In this document: positions 51,317-60,117 of the stretch, one piece after another
How positions within the stretch are numbered: position 1 is the first letter of the stretch
How the letters are laid out: each line of letters starts with the position of its first letter
DNA from: an uncultured Nitrospirales bacterium
Lineage (GTDB): Bacteria > Hydrogenedentota > Hydrogenedentia > Hydrogenedentales > CAILVY01
Length of the DNA stretch: 64,000 bases
Direction: 5' to 3'
NCBI GenBank assembly: GCA_964474205.1
Contig: CAYYRW010000004.1
Span: 67,050-131,049 of the forward strand
The notes under the pieces: model-generated
Told to the model about the DNA's origin: nothing
What the model saw: only the letters and a program-made list of their open reading frames with translations
The model's database searches: none
Program-made: the position numbers and the translations under genes

Positions 51317-54300
51317 ATGCATAAATGGCCGTTTGGTGCAATGCTTGTTTTATGGGCGCTGTGCAATGGTTTTTTTCCGGGGCTGGCCCCGTCCGCACTC
51401 GGGGAAGAAAACGCAGACCTTTCGTCCCTGTATGTTCGGGAATCGTCCTGGCAAAGTACCATGCAGACTGCGCGGGAACGGTATCAGGCATGGCGGGCGG
51501 AACAATTGGGCGGAGCGGACATTGCCTTTGGGACTTGGTATGTAACGAGCCCGTTCAAGATTGCCGCCTCTTCGGAAGCTTTTCCCCCGGAACAAACCAT
51601 TGATGTCAACGCCACAACGCCTGACGGAAAACCCCTCTGGACGATTCGAAATGACTTTGTGGATGGCGCGGTGCATTCTCTGCCGGGCGACAATCTTGCC
51701 GCCGTGTATCTGACGCGCACCCTCACCACTCCAAAGCCTCTGACAATCAACGTTGGCCTGGGCGGCGATGATAACCTGACGCTCTGGCTCAATGGGGCCA
51801 AGGTGACCACCACGGATGTCCGGCCCGGCGCCTCACAGGATGCCGCCACCGCAAGGCTTGCCCTGAATGAAGGCGAGAACCGGCTGGTGTTGAAGGTCTA
51901 CAACCTGACGGGGTCCTGTGCGTTCTATTTCTCCATTCAGAATGATCCGGTGATGACGCTCTGGAACCGGATCAAACAAGACTTCCCGATGGAAACCGGC
52001 TGGGTGGAGCGTGATGCGCCGGACGAGCGGTATGTGGAATGGTTTTCGCTTCCGGACAACAAGAGCGCCCAGGAAGCTTTGCTCACACAGGTTCTGCGTG
52101 ACAGTGGCGAGGCCGGTGAACCCTTGCGAAAAGAACTGGTTGAGCTCGGAAAGGTGCCCGCCCAAGATAAGCAATGGCTGGACTTCTATGTCAAGGCCTG
52201 CACGTTTCGCCAGGGCATGGCGGAACTCGCCCAAGTCAATTTCCCGGCCTTGCGGCTTGCGGTTCAGGATCTGGCGGCCACGTTCCCGGACCGTTACACA
52301 AAATCCAAAAAGTTGCTCGCACACCTCGACGACTATGAAAAAAGAATCCCCAAGATTCAGCAGCACCTTGCAGAAGGCGATGATAAAGGCCTGAAACAAG
52401 TCGAAGAAATTCTTGCGCTCCAATACGAGGCGCTTGGGACCAACCCGCTGCTGGACTTCGACAAACTGCTCCTGGTTAAGCGCGCGGAAGGCAATCTGGG
52501 GTTGCCGCAAAACTGGCAGGGCAACTGTGCCATAGCTTCCGCGGGATATGACAATGAAATCGCCGTGCTCTCCCCCGTCAGCGCCGGGGGCATGCTGACC
52601 ACCTTCTTCAAGCCGGAGAAAGGCGCCTTCGCCGGGGACCTCGATTTGAATTTCGACGCGGACAAAATTCTCTTCTCCATGCCCGGCGCGAACAACCGCT
52701 GGCAGATTTGGGAAATCCAGGCGGATGGCTCCGGGCTGCGCCAGGTCACCCCCGGAGAAGAACCGGACGTGGACAATTACGATCCCTGCTATTTGCCGGA
52801 TGGCCGCATCATTTTCGCGTCCACCCGATGCTTTCAGGGCATTCCCTGCGTGGGCGGCGGGAATACCGTGGCCAACCTGTGCCGCATGGATGCGGATGGA
52901 AAGAACACCCGCCAGCTTTGTTTTGACCAGGACCACAACTGGTGCCCCACGGTGCTCAATAACGGGCGGGTCATGTTTTCGCGCTGGGAATACTCGGACA
53001 CCCCGCACTATTTCAGCCGCCTCTTGTTCAACATGAATCCCGACGGCACAAACCAGAGCGAGTATTACGGCAGCAATTCCTTCTGGCCGAATTCCATCTT
53101 TTACGCCCGGCCCATTCCCGGAAACCCCACACAGGTCGTAGCCATTATCTCAGGGCATCACGGGGTTCCACGCATGGGCGAACTCATTATCCTGGATCCC
53201 GCCAAGGGACGCTTCGAGGCGGATGGTGTGGTGCAGCGCATTCCCGGGCACAATAAAGCGGTCGAGCCCGTTATCATGGACACGCTCGTGGACGGCGTAT
53301 GGCCCAAGTTCCTGCATCCGTATCCGCTGAGCGACAAGTATTTCCTCGTTTCGTGCAAGCCCACCCCGGATTCCCTGTGGGGCATTTATCTGGTGGATGT
53401 TTTCGACAACCGTCTTCGCTTGTGTGAAGTTCCCGGATACGCCCTGCTGGAGCCGGTTCCCTTCCGCAAAACGCAGCGTCCGGCCGTCATTCCCGACACC
53501 GTGAAGCTCGACCGGACGGACGCCACGGTCTATCTCACGGACGTCTATCGCGGCCAGGGATTACAGGGGGTTCCGCGCGGCACCGTCAAATCATTGCGCG
53601 TGTTTGAGATTTATTACACCTATCCCCAGATGGGCGGGCACATCAACATCGGCGTCGAAGGCCCGTGGGATGTGCACCGCATCCTGGGCACGGTCCCGGT
53701 GTACGAAGACGGTTCCGCATATTTCAAAATTCCGGCGAATATCCCCGTGGCGGTGCAGCCGTTGGATGACCAAGGCCGGGCCGTCCAAATCATGCGGAGT
53801 TGGTTTGTGGGCATGCCCGGCGAATCGGTATCGTGCGTGGGATGCCACGAGCAACAGAACATGACGCCGCCTTCCATCCCGACCCTTGCCGCGCGCCGCG
53901 CGCCGGTGGACATTACGCCGTGGAAAGGCCCTGCGCGGGGGTTCAGCTTCAAACGCGATGTGCAGCCGGCGCTCGATACGTTCTGCGTCGGCTGTCACAA
54001 TGGCGCGGGGGAGAACAAAATTCCCGACTTTTCGTCCAAGGATAAACAAGGCCAGAATAATTTTACGCCGTCTTATCTGGCTTTGCATCCCTATGTGCGC
54101 CGCCCGGGGCCTGAGAGCGACTATCACATTCAGAAACCTTTAGAATTCCATGCAAGCACCAGTCCGCTCATCCAGATGCTGGAGAAAGGACATCATGGGG
54201 TGAAGCTCGATTCGGATGCCTGGGACCGTCTGTATACCTGGATCGACCTTAACGTTCCGGATCATGGAACCTGGGGCGAGCACCGCGCCATCCCGGGCGA

Positions 54301-55348
54301 TTTCCATCAACGGCGCTTGGAGATGCGTACAAAGTATGCCAACCGGCCCGAAGATCCGGAAGCCATCCCCGATCTCAAACTGCCCCCGGCTGTGTTCGTC
54401 AAACCCGAGCCTCCCGCCGTCCCCGCGCAACAAGACGTGACCTGCGAAGGCTGGCCATTCGACGGACGCACGGCAGCGGCCTCCCAGCAGCGCCGGACTG
54501 TGGATCTCGGCAATGGCGTCGTGCTTGAGTTTGTGTTGATCCCGCAGGGTGAATTTATCATGGGCGGCAAAGACGGATGCGCCGACGAACAACCGCGCAC
54601 CCGCGTTAAGATTGATAAGCCGTTCTGGATGGCCGTAACTGAAATTACAAATGCGCAATACGCACAGTTTGATCCGAAGCATGAAAGCGGTGTCATTGAT
54701 CAGCATAACAAGGATCACACAACGCGTGGCTATCCGGCCCAGGCCCCCAAGAATCCCGTCATTCGCATTTCCTGGAATGAAGCCATGGCCTTCTGCCAGT
54801 GGCTGTCCCAGAAAACCGGTGAAGCCTGCGCGCTGCCGACCGAAGCCCAATGGGAATGGGCCTGCCGCGCCGGGACGGATACGCCCTTGTGGTACGGTAA
54901 CCTGGATTCCGATTTCTCCGCCTGCGCCAATCTCGCGGACAAGTCGATCCAGCGGCTCGCCGTCGCAGGGATTAATCCACAGCCCATCGAGAACCCCAGC
55001 CCCTTCGATGATTTCCTGCCCAAGGAGCCTCGCTTCAATGATGGCGAACGGATTGTAACCGAGACCGGAAAATACCAGCCCAACCCCTGGGGATTATTCG
55101 ACATGCACGGCAACGTGGCCGAGTGGACCCTTTCCACCTTCCGAGCCTATCCCTATGTGCCTTCGGATGGCCGTGACGATCCCAAAACGCCGGGCAAAAA
55201 GGTGGTTCGTGGCGGTTCCTGGTTCGACCGGCCCCAAACCGCCCGCTCCGCCTACCGCCTCGCCTACGAACCCTGGCAGCCGGTGTATAACGTCGGTTTC
55301 CGGGTGATCTGCCCCGTGAACGACGCCGCTAAAATCGCCCAGAAATAA
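51317..55348 (+). CDS. Giant secreted multidomain protein: PA14-like + TolB-like beta-propeller + di-heme c-type segment + C-terminal FGE/SUMF1-like domain
   Basis: Signal peptide. The PA14-like block is INVGLGGDDNLTLWLNGAKV. Propeller-like repeats include DPCYLPDGRIIFAST and CPTVLNNGRVMFSRWEY. Two CxxCH motifs are CVGCHEQQ and CVGCHNGAG. The C-terminal FGE-like domain carries GEFIMGG...PxxxV, WNEAMAFCQWLSQ, HGNVAEW and RGGSW. Confidence 0.85.
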   Translation: MHKWPFGAMLVLWALCNGFFPGLAPSALGEENADLSSLYVRESSWQSTMQTARERYQAWRAEQLGGADIAFGTWYVTSPFKIAASSEAFPPEQTIDVNATTPDGKPLWTIRNDFVDGAVHSLPGDNLAAVYLTRTLTTPKPLTINVGLGGDDNLTLWLNGAKVTTTDVRPGASQDAATARLALNEGENRLVLKVYNLTGSCAFYFSIQNDPVMTLWNRIKQDFPMETGWVERDAPDERYVEWFSLPDNKSAQEALLTQVLRDSGEAGEPLRKELVELGKVPAQDKQWLDFYVKACTFRQGMAELAQVNFPALRLAVQDLAATFPDRYTKSKKLLAHLDDYEKRIPKIQQHLAEGDDKGLKQVEEILALQYEALGTNPLLDFDKLLLVKRAEGNLGLPQNWQGNCAIASAGYDNEIAVLSPVSAGGMLTTFFKPEKGAFAGDLDLNFDADKILFSMPGANNRWQIWEIQADGSGLRQVTPGEEPDVDNYDPCYLPDGRIIFASTRCFQGIPCVGGGNTVANLCRMDADGKNTRQLCFDQDHNWCPTVLNNGRVMFSRWEYSDTPHYFSRLLFNMNPDGTNQSEYYGSNSFWPNSIFYARPIPGNPTQVVAIISGHHGVPRMGELIILDPAKGRFEADGVVQRIPGHNKAVEPVIMDTLVDGVWPKFLHPYPLSDKYFLVSCKPTPDSLWGIYLVDVFDNRLRLCEVPGYALLEPVPFRKTQRPAVIPDTVKLDRTDATVYLTDVYRGQGLQGVPRGTVKSLRVFEIYYTYPQMGGHINIGVEGPWDVHRILGTVPVYEDGSAYFKIPANIPVAVQPLDDQGRAVQIMRSWFVGMPGESVSCVGCHEQQNMTPPSIPTLAARRAPVDITPWKGPARGFSFKRDVQPALDTFCVGCHNGAGENKIPDFSSKDKQGQNNFTPSYLALHPYVRRPGPESDYHIQKPLEFHASTSPLIQMLEKGHHGVKLDSDAWDRLYTWIDLNVPDHGTWGEHRAIPGDFHQRRLEMRTKYANRPEDPEAIPDLKLPPAVFVKPEPPAVPAQQDVTCEGWPFDGRTAAASQQRRTVDLGNGVVLEFVLIPQGEFIMGGKDGCADEQPRTRVKIDKPFWMAVTEITNAQYAQFDPKHESGVIDQHNKDHTTRGYPAQAPKNPVIRISWNEAMAFCQWLSQKTGEACALPTEAQWEWACRAGTDTPLWYGNLDSDFSACANLADKSIQRLAVAGINPQPIENPSPFDDFLPKEPRFNDGERIVTETGKYQPNPWGLFDMHGNVAEWTLSTFRAYPYVPSDGRDDPKTPGKKVVRGGSWFDRPQTARSAYRLAYEPWQPVYNVGFRVICPVNDAAKIAQK

Positions 55349-55459
55349 ATCCCTGAGCTTCAGCATGCTTGGCGCCCCCTGTGGTGGCAAGTATTTTTCC
55401 CATGTGGTTCGTGGTGTATTATTAAAAGGGGTCTTTTTGTTCCGGGGACCCACACAATG

Positions 55460-55681
55460 TTAATTATGTGTTTGTGATTTTTCCGAAATCCTAATATCCG
55501 GATTTCCAATCTCAAGTTGTTTTCTTATTAGTATGCACAGACTATTCGGCAATTCACCATGGCGGGGCACCGGCGCTTTTCGCTGTGTGCGTGGATTTTT
55601 GTAAATGTCATGGTTGGCTCCTCTGCGAAGAAGTACACACCCCGCCCTCTTGAGTTCCTGTATAAATTCCGTCCGCTTCAC
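55460..55681 (-). CDS. hicA: HicA-family mRNA-interferase toxin
   Basis: VKRTEFIQELKRAGCVLLRRGANHDIYKNPRTQRKAPVPRHG-ELP matches the HicA dsRBD-like toxin. GTG start overlaps the hicB stop (GTGA). Confidence 0.75.
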   Translation of the reverse strand: MKRTEFIQELKRAGCVLLRRGANHDIYKNPRTQRKAPVPRHGELPNSLCILIRKQLEIGNPDIRISEKSQTHN

Positions 55682-55884
55682 ACGTGAAGAACCAGTTCTT
55701 TGATACAGATATCGGCGCCTGAAGGACCTTCCTCGTCCATCATCATCAGTTCGTAGGCTTCTTGAATGTTGTGTTCCAGTTCTTCCAGGGTTTCTCCCTG
55801 TGAGAAAACACCCGGCACTTCCTTGAGGCGGCCCACGTACCAACCTTCATCTTTCCAATACTCAAGGGCAAATGTGCGTACCAT
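55678..55884 (-). CDS. hicB: HicB-family (UPF0150-like) antitoxin
   Basis: YWKDEGWYVGRLKEVPGVFSQGETLEELEHNIQEAYELMM matches the HicB N-domain consensus (Y-A-x-PELPG-SQG-T-EEA-N-EA). AGAGGAGA RBS. Confidence 0.75.
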   Translation of the reverse strand: MVRTFALEYWKDEGWYVGRLKEVPGVFSQGETLEELEHNIQEAYELMMMDEEGPSGADICIKELVLHV

Positions 55885-55906
55885 ATCGGAAAATCTCCTC
55901 TATCAG

Positions 55907-56100
55907 GGAGTATACCATATCGCTGTCTGATTCAACGTTAATTTAACGGCGCCGGAGGCCGCCGAGGAGGTCTTGAAATTCGGGGATTTTGAGGGCGTGT
56001 GAAACACCGATAAAGCTGAGGCCGGCCACGGTGATGGCGACGCCAAAGACGGATAGGGGCAGTTGCACTAGGCGGTTGGCGTAAAACAGGGCGGAAATGA
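55907..56100 (-). pseudogene. murJ 3'-end remnant with internal deletion
   Basis: 55907-56037 is about 91% identical to 56782-56912 (murJ C-terminus plus downstream leader). 56038-56100 is about 87% identical to the internal murJ segment 57518-57580. The translated remnant is ...SALFYANRLVQLPLSVFGV-AITVAGLSFIGVSHALKIPEFQDLLGGLRRR*. Confidence 0.7.
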
Positions 56101-56146
56101 AAAATCAACCCCGAAAACAAAGGACTTATAGCGATTCCATAATTAT

Positions 56147-56533
56147 TCACTCTGCGGTTTTATCAACAATGGGTAATCTCCGGACACGAATGGAATCCTG
56201 GCGTATGGCCAAAATGGCTCCTGCTTGAAGCGCTTCGCCACACGTATTCATTGCTTCCTCAAGACGTGGAATTACCGACTCCGCTGTCTCATCATCCAAT
56301 CGAAAAATGATTGTGGATGGCGCCTGCCACCCGCTCTGGGCCAATAAATAGCCAAAATCCAAGTCCATTGTAAGGAGTATCCGGTCCTCATCGCGAGCCT
56401 TTTTCAGAACAAAAGGATCTCTCAATGTCTGAAGTCCTTGTTCCCGGAGATGTATCGCATTGTGATCAGCATTTTTCAGCCATTCGACAACATGCCTGGA
56501 AATCCCCATATCAGCCAAGAAGCGCATATGCAA
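56147..56533 (-). CDS. DUF5615-family PIN-like protein (toxin partner of DUF433)
   Basis: MHMRFLADMGISRHVVEWLKNADHNAIHLREQGL...DEDRILLTMDLDFG matches the DUF5615 consensus (FL-DEN-S-L...G-D..H......SDEEI-A-RIL-T-D-DFG). Confidence 0.75.
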   Translation of the reverse strand: MHMRFLADMGISRHVVEWLKNADHNAIHLREQGLQTLRDPFVLKKARDEDRILLTMDLDFGYLLAQSGWQAPSTIIFRLDDETAESVIPRLEEAMNTCGEALQAGAILAIRQDSIRVRRLPIVDKTAE

Positions 56534-56536
56534 CCT

Positions 56537-56761
56537 CTAACCAACCTGAATTTCGTCCCGTGCGAGCCATGCGGCATATTCTAATGATTGCGAAATGTCC
56601 TCGGGGGTAAGATCTGGATACTCGTCTATGATCTGTTGTGTGCTTTTTCCGTGCGCAACCAGATTGATGATCAAAGAAACAGGAATCCGCATACCTCTGA
56701 TGCAGGCTTGGCCTCGCATGATTTCTGAATCAAATGTTATTCGATTAAACACTGGAAACAC
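56537..56761 (-). CDS. DUF433-family protein (antitoxin-like partner)
   Basis: RITFDSEIMRGQACIRGMRIPVSLIINLVAHGKSTQQIIDEYPDLTPEDISQSLEYAA matches DUF433 (ITxDP-xGGKPCIRGTRIPV...IL-DYP-LT-EDI-AAL-YAA). GTG start with AAAGGAGA RBS. Confidence 0.75.
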   Translation of the reverse strand: MFPVFNRITFDSEIMRGQACIRGMRIPVSLIINLVAHGKSTQQIIDEYPDLTPEDISQSLEYAAWLARDEIQVG

Positions 56762-56781
56762 AGCAAAATCTCCTTTGTCAA

Positions 56782-56912
56782 GGAGTATACCATATTGCTG
56801 TTTGATTCAACCCTGACTTAACGGCGCCGGAGGCCACCGAGGAGGTCTTGGAATTCGGGGATTTTGAGGGCGTGGGAAACGCCGACAAAGCTAAGGCCGG
56901 CCACGGTGATGG
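56782..56912. repeat. Native murJ 3' end plus downstream leader; right copy of the ~131-bp direct repeat
   Basis: About 91% identity to 55907-56037. Homology extends roughly 20 bp further, covering the RBS of the first gene of each TA cassette. Confidence 0.85.
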
Positions 56913-58395
56913 GTATCACCACGTTGATGCCTTGGGTCCAGAGCGCTTGATGGCCGAGGAAATGATCCAGGCGCACATAGACGCCGTAGGTGACCGCGGA
57001 CATTATGGCGGTGGCCGCGATAATCCGTGCAAAGGCGAAGAGCATGTCTTTGTCCCAGAGCATGCCGAACCGGTTGCAGAGCAGAACGTAGAGGAGCAGG
57101 AAGTTGACCGTGTAGGAGAGGGTGGTGGCGAGGGCGAGGCCGCGGAATCCGAGCGGTCCGACGAGCGCGCAGATCAGGAGGATGTTGAGGGCCATGCTGG
57201 CGGTGGCGATGATCACGGGGGTTTTGGTGTTTTGTTCCGCGTAGAATCCCTGAACGCAGACCTTAACCCAGGCGAAGGGGAGGAGGCCGGTGGAGAAAAA
57301 GATCAGGCCGGTGGTGGTCATGTCCGTCATATTGGGGCCGAAATTGCCGTGTTCAAACAAAAAACGAATGACGGGGCGGCCCATGATGATGAGCCCGGCG
57401 GTGGCGGGGAGCATCATAAAGAAGCTGAGGCGCAGGCCATGGGTCAACGTATCGCGAATCACCTCCTGTTTTCCGCGCGCGGCGGCACGGGAGATCTCCG
57501 GGAGGATGGCGACCGCGACGGCGACGCCGAACACGGACAGGGGCAGTTGTACCAGGCGGTTGGCGTAAAACAGGGCGGAGACGACGCCGCTTTCCAGCGA
57601 GTAGGCGAAAAAGCTGTCCACCAGCTTGTTCACTTCGCCCGTAGCCTGCCCTAAAATCACCGGTATGAGCAGCCACACGATTTTTTGGACACCGGGCTGT
57701 TTCAACTTGAAATTCGGCGTGATGACGCCGACATGTTTTTTCATGGCGGCCCACAACACGAGCAGTTGCGCGATGCCGCCCACCCACACGCCCACAGTGA
57801 GCGCCCAAGCCGGGTCCGGAAAGAAGCGGGACAAACCCAAACAGCAGACAATCAGCCCGATGTTCAGGAGCATGGGCGACCAGGACGGGGTGCTGTAATG
57901 CCGTGCGGCGAAGAGCGGCCCCATGGCGAACACCGCCATGCCGATCAAAAACATGTAAGGGAAATTCCATTCGATCAGTTTGACGGTGAATCGCAGGTGT
58001 TCATCGCTCTTGGGGGCGGCATGGGTCAGGGGGCGCAGCAGTTCCAGCAGCCAGGGGATAAACGGTATCAGGAGCAACCCGATCAGGGTGAGCGCGGAAA
58101 ACAAAATCAGCATGCCGGACATCGCGGCGGACACCAAGGCACGGTATTGCTCCGGCGGGTCTTTTTCCTGGCTTTCCGTGAATACCGGCACAAACGCCGC
58201 GTTGGCCGCGCCCTCGCCCAGCATGTCGCGCAGCATGTTGGGGAACCGAAAGGCGAAGAAGAAGGCGTCGCGCGAGGCGTCGGGCACCACATAGCCGATG
58301 ACCATGTCGCGAAACATGCCGAGCACGCGGCTGACCAGCGTACCGCCGGCAAAAATGGCCGTATAGCGGGAAATTTCTTTTTTGGAGGTTTTCAT
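56818..58395 (-). CDS. murJ: Lipid II flippase MurJ
   Basis: 525 aa, 14 TM. N-terminal ...AIFAGGTLVSRVLGMFRDMVIGYV...AFFFAFRFPNMLRDMLGEGAANAAFVPVF is the canonical MurJ/MviN signature. Confidence 0.9.
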   Translation of the reverse strand: MKTSKKEISRYTAIFAGGTLVSRVLGMFRDMVIGYVVPDASRDAFFFAFRFPNMLRDMLGEGAANAAFVPVFTESQEKDPPEQYRALVSAAMSGMLILFSALTLIGLLLIPFIPWLLELLRPLTHAAPKSDEHLRFTVKLIEWNFPYMFLIGMAVFAMGPLFAARHYSTPSWSPMLLNIGLIVCCLGLSRFFPDPAWALTVGVWVGGIAQLLVLWAAMKKHVGVITPNFKLKQPGVQKIVWLLIPVILGQATGEVNKLVDSFFAYSLESGVVSALFYANRLVQLPLSVFGVAVAVAILPEISRAAARGKQEVIRDTLTHGLRLSFFMMLPATAGLIIMGRPVIRFLFEHGNFGPNMTDMTTTGLIFFSTGLLPFAWVKVCVQGFYAEQNTKTPVIIATASMALNILLICALVGPLGFRGLALATTLSYTVNFLLLYVLLCNRFGMLWDKDMLFAFARIIAATAIMSAVTYGVYVRLDHFLGHQALWTQGINVVIPITVAGLSFVGVSHALKIPEFQDLLGGLRRR

Positions 58396-58410
58396 TATTT
58401 GTGGGCCGAT

Positions 58411-60036
58411 CTAGGACCGTTTCTTTGTTGGTTTCCCTTTGGAGGCGGCCTGCGGTTCCGGCGCGGCCGGCGTAGAAAACCCCAGTTTCAAGACTGCACC
58501 CATCACAAACAGGAGCGCCACGCCCAGGCATAACCACGGAAAGATCACCGGCCCGCCGGGAATCGGCCGGTTCGCGGAGGCCGCCACCTTGAGCGCGCCC
58601 ATGCAGCGTTCCATGATGAACATGGCGGGATCTTCAATACGTTCTTTCGGCCATTCGTGATACCGGCCTTGATAGAGCATGGCATTCACGCTTTCAAAGC
58701 GGCCCCAAGGATCAAATACGCCGGAAATGCCGGAATTGGCCACGTGAATCAGCGGCAGCCGGGATTCAATCGCCCGGAAGCGCGCCAACTCTAATTCCTG
58801 CGGGATGGCGTTGCTGCGTCCGAACCAGCCCAGATTCGTCACCACCACCAGGGTATCCGCGCCCATGCGCCGCAGATTCTCGACGAGGGGCGCAAAGAGC
58901 ACCTCGAAACAAATGAGCGGCCCCAAGCGGCGGTTTTCCAAGGTCATTACCTTTTGTTCCGTGCCGGCATCCACGTCAATGGGGGTGATGTGGCGCAGGA
59001 AGGGGAAAATGCTGGAAAAGGGCATGTATTCGCCAAAGGGGGCGAGGTGAACCTTGTCATAATACCCGGCCACCGCGCCTTCCGGCGTCAACAGCAGGCT
59101 GGAATTATAGCTGCGCACCGATCCTTGCACCTCCGCATCGCGCGTGGACCCCGTGAACAGGTGGGCGCCCGTCTGCTTGACTAAATCCGCCATGGGCTGC
59201 ATAAGTTCCGGCGCGGAGTAATCAGACATCACGAGGGCTTCCGGCCAGAAGAAAGATTGGACCGGGTGTTGTTCCGCCAAGGCCTGCGAATGTTCCGCGG
59301 CCTTGACCACCATGTCCCGCGTATAGTCCCGGTCCCATTTCATCTCTTGCGGGAAATTGGATTGAAACAGGCCGGCCGTAAACGGCTTTGACACATAATC
59401 CGCCGGACCCAGCAACATCGAACCGGCCAGGTGCGCGGCGATAACGAGGATAATGGCGGCAACAAGGCGGGTCACGCGCCCGCGCCGCCCGGCTATAGCC
59501 AGTGCGAGCAGCGCGTTAAACGCCACCAACAGGAAGGAAACCGCGGAAACGCCTCCCAGCGCCGCGAATTGCGCCAGCGCGGGGTCTTTGCCCTGGCAAT
59601 AGCCCAGGGCGCTCCAGCCGAAGCCTGAAAAAAGATTGGCCTGGCACCACTCCATCCAAACCCACAGGACGGCGAGGGCTATCGCCCCGGCGAAGGGGGT
59701 TCGTTGACGCGCCCACAGCCAGAGCATGCCCAAACCGGCCCAGAAGAGGGCCAGCGCAATGCAGAGCAGTTGATATCCTATGACGGCCCAGCCGCCGCCC
59801 CAATAGATGTTGCTCATGAGCCATTGCAGCAGAATGCTGTGGAATGCCCAGCCCGCGGCAAAGAAGCATAGGCCCCCGCGCCAGAGGGAGGAGCATTTCA
59901 CCGCCGTGAGAAGGAGCGGGACCAAGGCCACCCACGCCAATACAAAAAGGTGATAGGTGGGAAAGCTCCAGGCCAGGAGCACTCCCGAAACGGGCGGCAA
60001 TATGTATCCGCCATATGCTCGAATGCGTTGTATCAT
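58411..60036 (-). CDS. lnt: Apolipoprotein N-acyltransferase
   Basis: N-terminal 6-7 TM helices, then the CN-hydrolase domain with catalytic-triad context (...ICFEVLF...). Confidence 0.9.
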   Translation of the reverse strand: MIQRIRAYGGYILPPVSGVLLAWSFPTYHLFVLAWVALVPLLLTAVKCSSLWRGGLCFFAAGWAFHSILLQWLMSNIYWGGGWAVIGYQLLCIALALFWAGLGMLWLWARQRTPFAGAIALAVLWVWMEWCQANLFSGFGWSALGYCQGKDPALAQFAALGGVSAVSFLLVAFNALLALAIAGRRGRVTRLVAAIILVIAAHLAGSMLLGPADYVSKPFTAGLFQSNFPQEMKWDRDYTRDMVVKAAEHSQALAEQHPVQSFFWPEALVMSDYSAPELMQPMADLVKQTGAHLFTGSTRDAEVQGSVRSYNSSLLLTPEGAVAGYYDKVHLAPFGEYMPFSSIFPFLRHITPIDVDAGTEQKVMTLENRRLGPLICFEVLFAPLVENLRRMGADTLVVVTNLGWFGRSNAIPQELELARFRAIESRLPLIHVANSGISGVFDPWGRFESVNAMLYQGRYHEWPKERIEDPAMFIMERCMGALKVAASANRPIPGGPVIFPWLCLGVALLFVMGAVLKLGFSTPAAPEPQAASKGKPTKKRS

Positions 60037-60117
60037 AGCGGGGGAATCATGCGAAACGGCCAGGCACTAAATCAAGTGTCTGGCCGCCAAGACTTTTTGC
60101 CTCCAAAAACAGGACCG

